A DNA stretch of 13,373 nt from an uncultured archaeon (GTDB taxonomy: Archaea; Iainarchaeota; Iainarchaeia; Iainarchaeales; 0-14-0-20-30-16), in contig CAYZSS010000023.1 of assembly GCA_964480435.1 (NCBI GenBank), positions 1-13,373 on the forward strand, in the 5' to 3' direction. Within the stretch, counting starts at the first letter, position 1, and the number at the start of each line of letters is the position of its first letter. The translations under genes were made by a program, and so were the position numbers. Under the pieces are notes generated by a model, which had not been told where the DNA came from, searched no databases, and saw nothing but the letters and a program-made list of their open reading frames with translations. Positions 1 to 5,902 of the stretch are shown one piece after another.

Positions 1-68
1 AAATAAGCTTTTGATGTTGAAGGAGTTCCATTAAAAGAGATTATTTGACCTAAATTTTCTTTTTGCAT
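1..68 (-). CDS. 5' end of an unidentified ORF that runs out of the window (MQKENLGQIISFNGTPSTSKAY...)
   Basis: Minus-strand ATG at 68..66, open to position 1. A TTATATA TATA-like element lies about 25 nt upstream (about 89..96), preceded by an oligo-T tract downstream of the 132..272 gene. Only 22 codons are visible, so no family can be assigned. Confidence 0.25.
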   Translation of the reverse strand, partial: MQKENLGQIISFNGTPSTSKAY

Positions 69-131
69 AATAAGAATAGTGATTTAATCTATATAAGGTT
101 TTATTTTAAAAGAAAAAATAAAAGAAGAGAT

Positions 132-272
132 TCAGTAATCTGAATCATCATCTGAGCCATCTAAATCCTGTTCTTCTTCAGGTTCTTCTTCAGTATCCCA
201 AACGTCTTCATCTACATCGTCTACATCGTCTTCTTCGCATTCATCATTATATTTGTAAATCTCTACATCCAT
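132..272 (-). CDS. small hyperacidic protein, 46 aa (MDVEIYKYNDECEEDDVDDVDEDVWDTEEEPEEEQDLDGSDDDSDY); absent from the supplied ORF track
   Basis: Hand translation of the minus strand: ATG 272..270, TGA 134..132. GAGGTG Shine-Dalgarno at 284..279 with a 6-nt spacer. 26 of 46 residues are D/E and there is a single K. An oligo-T tract follows the stop. Confidence 0.55.
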   Translation of the reverse strand: MDVEIYKYNDECEEDDVDDVDEDVWDTEEEPEEEQDLDGSDDDSDY

Positions 273-457
273 TTCGCACACCTCAAGTTTTTATAAAATC
301 TATTTGTAATGTTTGTATAGTATGAGTATATATTCTTTTCTGTTTTTTGCAGGTTTTCGGCATAACCCCTGTTTTTTGAAAAAGATAGCCACAAGAATAA
401 GCCAACGAATAAAGTTATAAATAATAAACCTACTATACTTCTTATAGAGGTGTTACT

Positions 458-1903
458 ATGAAAAATAAAAAAGAGGAAAATTTCAATGAGTGGTTCAACG
501 AAGTAATAAACGAAAACGAACTAGTGGATGACAGATACAATGTAAAAGGATTCATCATCTACAGAGAATGGTGTGCGCAAAGCCTAAAAAAAATGTACAA
601 TATTTACGAAAATGCACTAAATGAAAAAGACCATAAGCCTCTATTTATGCCGATAGTAATACCTGAAGAGAATTTTTTTAAAGAAGCAGAGCATGTACAA
701 GGATTTACCCCTGAAGTTTTCTGGGTTACTGAACATGGGGATGGAGAAAAACTAGAAAAAAGATTAGCCCTAAGACCAACATCAGAAACTGCTTTTTATC
801 AAATGTATAGTCTCTGGATTAGAAGCCACAACGATCTGCCATACAAGAGATACCAAAGTGGAAGTGTTTACAGATATGAAACAAAAGCAACAAGGCCATT
901 CCTAAGAGGAAGAGAGTTCTTCTGGATTGAAACACATTGTGCTTATCCTAATGAAAAAAGTGCAAGAGAGCACATTCAAGAAGATATGGAAACAACAAAA
1001 GAAGTTATTGGAGATATTTTCGGGATACCATTTATATTCTTCAAAAGACCAAGGTGGGATAAATTTGCAGGAGCGGTTGATACTTTTGCAGCAGATACAA
1101 TAACAAGCAATGGAAAATTCCTACAAACCGCCACAACCCATTATTTAGGGACAAGATTTGCAAAAGCATTCGATGTAAAATATAAAACAGAAACAGGAAC
1201 GGATGAACTAGCGCATTTAACTTGTTATGGGCCAGGAATGACTAGAATATATGGAACAATTGTTGCAGTACACAGTGACAATAAAGGGCTAAGATTACCT
1301 TTTGATATTGCACCAACACAAATCGTAATTGTGCCAATCCTAATAAAAGGAAAAGAGGAAGAGGTTCTTAAGAAAGCAACAGAAATCCTTACTAATTTAA
1401 AAAAGGCAGGATATTCTGTTGAGTTAGATGATAAACAAAAAAGCCCCGGAGAAAAATTCTTTATGTGGGAAATGAAAGGAGTACCAATAAGGATTGATAT
1501 AGGCCCAAAGGACATAGAAAACAACCAAGTTGCAATCTTCAGAAGAGACCTAAACACAAAAGAATTTGTTAAAGAAACAGATCTGCAAAAAACAATTGAA
1601 AAAATAGAAACAGAGTTTACAAAGAATTTAAAATCGCAAGCAGAAAAAACATTTGCTACGCAGATAGTACCTGTAAATTCTATGGTTGAACTTGAAAAAG
1701 TAATTAAAGAAAATAAGATTGGAAAAGCACCGTTTTGTTCAATAGATGATGATGACGGCGAAAAAGCAGCAGAAGAAATAAAGGACAAAACAGGAGCAGA
1801 AGTAAGAGGAGCAGATCTAGTTGAAAAACAAAAACCAAATGAAAAATGTATTGTCTCTGGAAAACCAGCAACTTGTTATGTCTATATTGGAAAATCTTAT
1901 TAG
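458..1903 (+). CDS. proS: prolyl-tRNA synthetase, archaeal/eukaryotic-type class IIa
   Basis: 481 aa. Class II motif 2 (YRYETKATRPFLRGREFFWIE) and motif 3 (GPGMTRIYGTIVAVHSD), RPTSET substrate loop, anticodon-binding domain (PTQIVIVPI). The C-terminal Cys-containing domain ends in the conserved terminal Tyr (..YIGKSY). GAGGTG SD at 447..452, 5 nt before the ATG. Confidence 0.95.
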   Translation: MKNKKEENFNEWFNEVINENELVDDRYNVKGFIIYREWCAQSLKKMYNIYENALNEKDHKPLFMPIVIPEENFFKEAEHVQGFTPEVFWVTEHGDGEKLEKRLALRPTSETAFYQMYSLWIRSHNDLPYKRYQSGSVYRYETKATRPFLRGREFFWIETHCAYPNEKSAREHIQEDMETTKEVIGDIFGIPFIFFKRPRWDKFAGAVDTFAADTITSNGKFLQTATTHYLGTRFAKAFDVKYKTETGTDELAHLTCYGPGMTRIYGTIVAVHSDNKGLRLPFDIAPTQIVIVPILIKGKEEEVLKKATEILTNLKKAGYSVELDDKQKSPGEKFFMWEMKGVPIRIDIGPKDIENNQVAIFRRDLNTKEFVKETDLQKTIEKIETEFTKNLKSQAEKTFATQIVPVNSMVELEKVIKENKIGKAPFCSIDDDDGEKAAEEIKDKTGAEVRGADLVEKQKPNEKCIVSGKPATCYVYIGKSY

Positions 1904-1904
1904 A

Positions 1905-1938
1905 AAGAGTTAAATAACTCTTCTTTCTCTTTTTATTT
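1905..1938 (+). terminator. hairpin plus T-rich tract after proS
   Basis: 7-bp stem AAGAGTT (1905..1911) / AACTCTT (1916..1922) with a 4-nt loop, followed by CTTTCTCTTTTTATTT. The loop region TTAAATAA (1910..1917) could equally be a TATA box about 25 nt upstream of the next ATG (1939), so its role is ambiguous. Confidence 0.3.
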
Positions 1939-2553
1939 ATGTTTAATAATCTTTTTCAAAAATTACAAATTATTTTAAGAAGCATTCCTGTTAAAAGAAG
2001 AATAAAAAAACTTGGCAAGTCTATTCCTATTTATTTTGATTACTCTGTTCCTTTGGAAAACATAAATATAAATATTTTAAATACAGAAAATATTTCAAAA
2101 ACTTTTTTTAATCTTAAACCTGTAATAATAAGGGTATGTGGTAAAGGGAAACTAAATATAGAAGAACTAACTGTTCGTTCAGGCTGTTATATTAGTGCAC
2201 GTGAGCCAATAAAAATTGGAAAAAACTGTTTTTTAAATACTAACTGCACCATTCTGGCAAGAGCAGGAATAGAAATAGGAGATAACCTTATGTGTGCAGA
2301 TAATGTTTACATCAGAGATAACGACGGGCACAATATTACAAAAAATGGAAAAAAGATTCTTCCAAAAAAGATAAATATTGGAAATAATGTTTGGCTAGGC
2401 AGAGATGTAGTTATACTAAAAGGAGTAACTATTGGAAACAATGTTGTTATTGGAGCAAAATCAGTAGTAACAAAAAATATCCCTTCAAATTGTATTGCAG
2501 CAGGAAACCCCGCAAAAATAAGTTTTAAAGGAAAAATTAATTGGAGCAAATAA
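1939..2553 (+). CDS. hexapeptide-repeat (left-handed beta-helix) acetyl/acyltransferase, maltose/galactoside O-acetyltransferase-like
   Basis: The C-terminal half carries tandem hexapeptide repeats (IGNNVWLGRDVVILKGVTIGNNVVIGAKSVVTKNIPSNCIAAGNPAKI). The N-terminal roughly 70 aa has no recognisable family. There is no SD, so the transcript may be leaderless. Confidence 0.85.
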   Translation: MFNNLFQKLQIILRSIPVKRRIKKLGKSIPIYFDYSVPLENININILNTENISKTFFNLKPVIIRVCGKGKLNIEELTVRSGCYISAREPIKIGKNCFLNTNCTILARAGIEIGDNLMCADNVYIRDNDGHNITKNGKKILPKKINIGNNVWLGRDVVILKGVTIGNNVVIGAKSVVTKNIPSNCIAAGNPAKISFKGKINWSK

Positions 2554-2895
2554 TTAAAATACTAGCTTTTCTCCTTCTTTTATTTTATCTTTAAACTTAA
2601 CAGGAAGTTCTAGAACATATCTTGCTTTTGTTTTAGGAAAATAAACTCTCCAAGGCTTCGCTACTTTAATATCCACCACAATCTTTTCTGAGTTCAAAAA
2701 AACAAGTAAAATAGGAAAAAATACAAAAAACATATGTATTGATGAGAAATATCTGCTTTCACAGTTCATATCAAATATTAAGCAGTAATTAAAGTTTTTC
2801 TTACAAGAAAACATCAGCCCCTTTGCTTTTTCAAAGGAGGTGCGTGCCTGTTTAGTTTTTAAAACAGATTTATTTCTTGTTTCATTAAAAAGCAT
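2554..2895 (-). CDS. DUF192-family protein (COG1430-like), function unknown
   Basis: 113 aa with the family hallmarks as I recall them: KGLMF, CLIF, IHMFFVFFPILLVFL..KIVVDI, ARYVLELP, GEKL. The ATG at 2895 lies 2 nt after the stop of the upstream ORF. Confidence 0.7.
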   Translation of the reverse strand: MLFNETRNKSVLKTKQARTSFEKAKGLMFSCKKNFNYCLIFDMNCESRYFSSIHMFFVFFPILLVFLNSEKIVVDIKVAKPWRVYFPKTKARYVLELPVKFKDKIKEGEKLVF

Positions 2896-2897
2896 AA

Positions 2898-3158
2898 CTA
2901 TCTCACTTCTTCTATCTGGGGTACATCAAGTTTTTCAACCATTCTTTTAGAAATAGCCAGAGACATTTTAAATTCATTAAAAAAAGGTTCTTTCTTTTTT
3001 TCAGGCTTTACTTTACTAGTAGGTTTTGATTTTTTTATTTTTGCAGAAGGAGTGTGTTTTACTATTTTTGTTTTTTTAGCCTGCTTCTTTTTTGCTTTAA
3101 TCAAATCAATCCCTAAAGAAATAGATCTTAGTAATATAAATACTTTTTCAACCGCCAT
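2898..3158 (-). CDS. Lys-rich small hypothetical protein (86 aa)
   Basis: The ATG at 3158 overlaps the last 11 nt of the upstream kinase gene (ATGGCGGTTGA), and the stop lies 2 nt before the DUF192 ATG. This ORF is the only one filling the 250-nt gap. It has a central KAKKKQAKKTK...KPEKKK tract. An A-rich strand can generate such ORFs by chance, so confidence is moderate. Confidence 0.45.
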   Translation of the reverse strand: MAVEKVFILLRSISLGIDLIKAKKKQAKKTKIVKHTPSAKIKKSKPTSKVKPEKKKEPFFNEFKMSLAISKRMVEKLDVPQIEEVR

Positions 3159-4032
3159 AGGAAATACTTTTCATTAACTTCTTTTTTATACTTTCAGACT
3201 TGGGCCAATCTAGCAGTTCAGCTAGGTCGTGCCCTATTGAGTACAATAAAAGGCGTTTATCCAAGTTATCAAACATAAACAATTCCGGATAAAATTCTTC
3301 ATACCAAACCAACAATTTTGCATAATCTTTCTTCTTTGCATATTTTTCACCACTCTTAGACATATACTTCTTTGGCTGACTCACCATTCTTGATACTATA
3401 TCCAAAACAAAGTCAACAGATGCTAATTTAGTACGTTCAAAGTCCAAAAGACCAACTATTTTATTATTACTTACAAGAATATTATCAAAATGTGCATCCC
3501 AATATACTAAAGCCATTTTCTGCTCATCTAAATTTGAAATGTTTTCTTTTATAAAACCCGTTAATTTTTCTATAATGTCTTTAGACAATAATTTTCTTTT
3601 TTCAATTTCAAAAATAGATTTTTTAATCTTTGAAAATATTTCTTTTTTCCAGCTTACTTCTTTATGTTTAAATTTTTTAACATATTCTTTATAGGAAGTA
3701 TTATTTATTATTTTTAACATATCACAAAGTTGTTTTACTATATTTTTTCTTTCCGCAACTGACAGCAGGTGCCACAGCGAATACAAATTAACACCATTAA
3801 TATAATAATAAACCATAAAATCACGATTATAATTTTTTTTAGAGTTATCATAAAAAAGCAGATTAGGAACGAGCAGTTTACCCTTAAATAAGTTATAAAA
3901 ATAGGCTTCTTTTTCAAAGTTAGGTTCATTTTTTTTGTTTTTACAGATTTTCAAAATATATTTATTATTAACTAAGTAAACATCATTAGTAAATCCAACC
4001 AACATTTTTTCAATTGAGGTTATTTTCCCCAA
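3148..4032 (-). CDS. APH/choline-kinase-family phosphotransferase, substrate unknown
   Basis: Catalytic-loop and metal-binding signature WDAHFDNILV....IVGLLDFE (HxDxxxxN ... DFE), with an N-terminal nucleotide-binding lobe (GFTNDVYLV..YILKI). The start is uncertain: the track start at 4032 is TTG, and the first ATG is at 4005. Neither has a good SD. Confidence 0.8.
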   Translation of the reverse strand: MGKITSIEKMLVGFTNDVYLVNNKYILKICKNKKNEPNFEKEAYFYNLFKGKLLVPNLLFYDNSKKNYNRDFMVYYYINGVNLYSLWHLLSVAERKNIVKQLCDMLKIINNTSYKEYVKKFKHKEVSWKKEIFSKIKKSIFEIEKRKLLSKDIIEKLTGFIKENISNLDEQKMALVYWDAHFDNILVSNNKIVGLLDFERTKLASVDFVLDIVSRMVSQPKKYMSKSGEKYAKKKDYAKLLVWYEEFYPELFMFDNLDKRLLLYSIGHDLAELLDWPKSESIKKKLMKSISYGG

Positions 4033-4103
4033 TCCTTTGCTTTCAAAGATTAGCTGTACAATTTTTTATTCATAAAAAGATAAAAGAAGTAGAGAATATA
4101 AAA

Positions 4104-4691
4104 CTAACATAACCCGATTTGGTCTTTTATTTTCTTAACTGCTTCTATAGATAAAGAAAAAAAGTCGTCTAAAGATAAACCTGTTAGTTCAATCTCCCTA
4201 ATTATTTCTCTGTTACAATTCTCTGCAAACTTTTTATCTTTAAATTTTTTCTTTAATCCCGCTACTTCCATATCAGAGATTACTTTTCCTCGCATCAAAG
4301 CATATGCGAAAATTATTCCTGTCATTGTTTCTGCAGCAGCAAGAGAATATTGTATTTTTGAATTTCTTTTTTTATCTTTCAGTGCAGGGATTATGTCCCA
4401 ACCATAACCATGGGATTGAACAGCTTCAATAAAATCATCATCAAAACCTTTTTCTTTTAGTAGCTCAACTGCTTTAATGCAATGCTCTTTCCAATCATTT
4501 TTTGTAAGAGGCCAGTCAACATCGTGTAATAAACCAAGCATCCCCCAATATTCAACGTCTTCTCCAAACTTTTCAGCCAAGCCTCGCATAATAGCTTCGC
4601 TCTCAAGATAATGGTTCATATCAGATTCAAGTTGTGGCATACTTTTCAGCCAAGAAATAGCTTCTTCTCTTGTAATAGGTAAAATGTTCAT
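4104..4691 (-). CDS. HD-domain metal-dependent phosphohydrolase (COG2316-like)
   Basis: H..(E)...GLLHDVDW HD motif, with layout typical of small stand-alone HD hydrolases. The track start at 4703 is GTG. I prefer the ATG at 4691, which has GGGTG (4701..4697) and a 5-nt spacer, the same geometry as adk. Confidence 0.85.
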   Translation of the reverse strand: MNILPITREEAISWLKSMPQLESDMNHYLESEAIMRGLAEKFGEDVEYWGMLGLLHDVDWPLTKNDWKEHCIKAVELLKEKGFDDDFIEAVQSHGYGWDIIPALKDKKRNSKIQYSLAAAETMTGIIFAYALMRGKVISDMEVAGLKKKFKDKKFAENCNREIIREIELTGLSLDDFFSLSIEAVKKIKDQIGLC

Positions 4692-4704
4692 CTTTACACC
4701 CACA

Positions 4705-5364
4705 TTATTTTTTTAAAAATACAAAACCGTGCATTACTTTCATATCAGGAACTTCGCAGTTAATTTCTCTTATTAATCTGAAACCCTCTTTATTTAAAAA
4801 ATTAATTAATTCAGGTAAGTTAATCAGACCAGAGTTAGTAATTTTTGCATATTCTCTTATTGACTTTGGCAAATCTCTCTTTTTTGTAACAGGAGATACA
4901 AAAGATTTTTGTGACTGTTCTATAATATAAATCGCTGATGGAGAAAAAGCCAAAATATTTTTTATACTTTTTTTCCAATCTATATGTAATAATACTAAAG
5001 AAAGGAGAACAGCATCATATTTTCCAGAAATAACAGTATTTTCAATATCATCTTTAATAAAAGAATATTTTGAAATATCATATTTTTGGAGCCTATTTTT
5101 TGCTTTTGCTAACATTTTTAAGTTTATATCGGTAAAAGTAATTTTCACATTACCAATATCCAGAGGATTAATATAATCAAACATTTGACAAGTTCCACAG
5201 CCAGGGATTAATAAACTAGAACCAGCCTTTAGAGGATATTCACTAAAAAAGGTTTTAACAATATTAGCATTTGCAGGAGCCTGACCAATATTAGCCATAT
5301 GTAAATCTAAATCATTTGGATCAACAATATGTAACCAAGCATCTTTCTCTTTATTATCTGCCAT
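4705..5364 (-). CDS. class I SAM-dependent methyltransferase
   Basis: Motif I LLIPGCGTCQ, an acidic post-I residue in ITFTDIN, and motif II/III-like YDAVLLSLVLLH. The track start at 5370 is TTG. The ATG at 5364 has GTGAT (5374..5370) and a 5-nt spacer. Confidence 0.8.
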   Translation of the reverse strand: MADNKEKDAWLHIVDPNDLDLHMANIGQAPANANIVKTFFSEYPLKAGSSLLIPGCGTCQMFDYINPLDIGNVKITFTDINLKMLAKAKNRLQKYDISKYSFIKDDIENTVISGKYDAVLLSLVLLHIDWKKSIKNILAFSPSAIYIIEQSQKSFVSPVTKKRDLPKSIREYAKITNSGLINLPELINFLNKEGFRLIREINCEVPDMKVMHGFVFLKK

Positions 5365-5402
5365 ATACAATCACAGGATTAATAAAAGCAAGATAAACAC
5401 AA

Positions 5403-5417
5403 GGGCCTTTATGGCCC
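5403..5417 (-). terminator. GC hairpin followed by a T-rich tract on the minus strand, downstream of tRNA-Cys
   Basis: GGGCC (5403..5407) pairs with GGCCC (5413..5417) around a 5-nt loop. On the minus strand it is followed by TTGTGTTTATCTTGCTTTTATT. Confidence 0.3.
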
Positions 5418-5438
5418 AGTGTTTTCTTTGCAAACTTT

Positions 5439-5462
5439 AGCTTTCTTTTACAAAAGAAAGCT
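5439..5462 (-). repeat. perfect 11-bp-arm inverted repeat 5 nt downstream of tRNA-Cys
   Basis: AGCTTTCTTTT (5439..5449) / AAAAGAAAGCT (5452..5462) with a 2-nt centre. It belongs to the T-run/A-run hairpin family seen in this island. Confidence 0.8.
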
Positions 5463-5467
5463 TAGGA

Positions 5468-5539
5468 AGCAGGGGGTGGGAATTGAACCCACAATCGTCC
5501 GGTCTGCAGCCGGGAGCATTACCATTCTGCTACCCCTGC
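5468..5539 (-). tRNA. tRNA-Cys (anticodon GCA)
   Basis: Manual cloverleaf, 72 nt. Acceptor GCAGGGG/CCCCTGC, D-arm GCAG-AATGGTA-ATGC, anticodon arm CCCGG-CTGCAGA-CCGGA (C27-A43 mismatch), T-arm GTGGG-TTCAATT-CCCAC. The U73 discriminator is typical of tRNA-Cys. No CCA is encoded. Confidence 0.9.
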
Positions 5540-5542
5540 CTG

Positions 5543-5561
5543 CCCTTTTTACAAAAAAGGG
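5543..5561. repeat. 8-bp-arm inverted repeat 3 nt upstream of the tRNA-Cys 5' end
   Basis: CCCTTTTT (5543..5550) / AAAAAGGG (5554..5561) with a 3-nt loop. Same T-run/A-run architecture as 5439..5462 and 5735..5753. Confidence 0.75.
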
Positions 5562-5709
5562 TAATAAGATAATATCTTTTCAACAAGTTGCCTGATATTT
5601 ATTAATTTTGAATAAATAATATTAAGTTAAGACAAAACCTTTTTAATATGCTCCGAAGACCAAATAAAAAAACAATAATTCAAAAGGCCTACCCCCAGAG
5701 TGATAGCCA

Positions 5710-5733
5710 AACTCTAACGGGAAAGTTTGTTCC
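5710..5733 (+). repeat. direct repeat copy 1: AACTCTAACGGGAAAGTTTGTTCC
   Basis: 23 of 24 nt identical to 5804..5827; the 18-nt core 5716..5733 is identical to 5810..5827. The offset is 94 nt. Looser similarity extends upstream (GCCA..AACTC). Confidence 0.85.
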
Positions 5734-5803
5734 GAGCCTTTTCAAAAAAGGCTACGTTCGCCAAAACATGTGCCTTTGGCACTCGTATGGCTTTACGCCA
5801 TAC

Positions 5804-5827
5804 AACTCAAACGGGAAAGTTTGTTCC
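5804..5827 (+). repeat. direct repeat copy 2: AACTCAAACGGGAAAGTTTGTTCC
   Basis: See copy 1. Each copy contains an internal GGAA-N6-TTCC mini-hairpin. Confidence 0.85.
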
Positions 5828-5902
5828 CGAATCATAATAATTAAAAAAGCATTATATCTTTAATCTATTACTAGTTATATATTAATTATTGGGTGTATAG
5901 AG

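Larger units (their letters stand above)
5684..5830. ncRNA. candidate structured RNA or regulatory leader, unclassified, strand undetermined
   Basis: Visibly more G+C-rich than the flanking spacer. Five consecutive hairpins: 5697..5715, 5735..5753, 5760..5780, 5785..5803 and GGGAA-N6-TTCCC at 5813..5828. It also holds a 24-nt direct repeat. The overlapping 71-aa ORF reads the two repeat copies in different frames, which argues against coding. It matches no RNA family I can recognise. Confidence 0.3.

Noticed and set aside
1225-1788. 187-aa ORF antisense to proS, and similar antisense or alternative-frame ORFs at 2307..2549, 3738..3929, 6688..6900, 7116..7343, 7510..7872, 8071..8292, 9102..9527, 9244..9441, 9562..9771, 9674..9964 and 9870..10106
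   Set aside because: All lie within confidently assigned genes. They have Ser/Phe/Ile-rich junk-like translations and lack initiation signals.
458-5539. Functional link between ProRS and the nearby tRNA-Cys (the old ProCysRS idea) or between proS and tRNA-Pro in the same window
   Set aside because: The genes are separated by unrelated genes on opposite strands. Co-occurrence in a compact genome is not evidence, and nothing in the ProRS sequence looks atypical.
5710-5827. Mini-CRISPR interpretation of the two 24-nt direct repeats
   Set aside because: There are only two copies, the intervening 70 nt is about twice a normal spacer and is itself hairpin-rich, and no cas genes or leader are nearby.
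5648-5863. 71-aa ORF in the tRNA-Cys / valS spacer
   Set aside because: It has no SD. It overlaps a hairpin-dense block, and the 24-nt DNA repeat is read in two different frames. The sequence looks like structured noncoding DNA or RNA rather than a protein.
5640-5902. T-box or other known leader riboswitch upstream of valS; RNase P CR-I-like GGGAAAGU in the repeats
   Set aside because: There is no T-box consensus (..GGGUGGUACCGCG..) or specifier/antiterminator layout, and the context looks archaeal. GGAAAGU occurs, but none of the other RNase P conserved regions do, and the block is too short.
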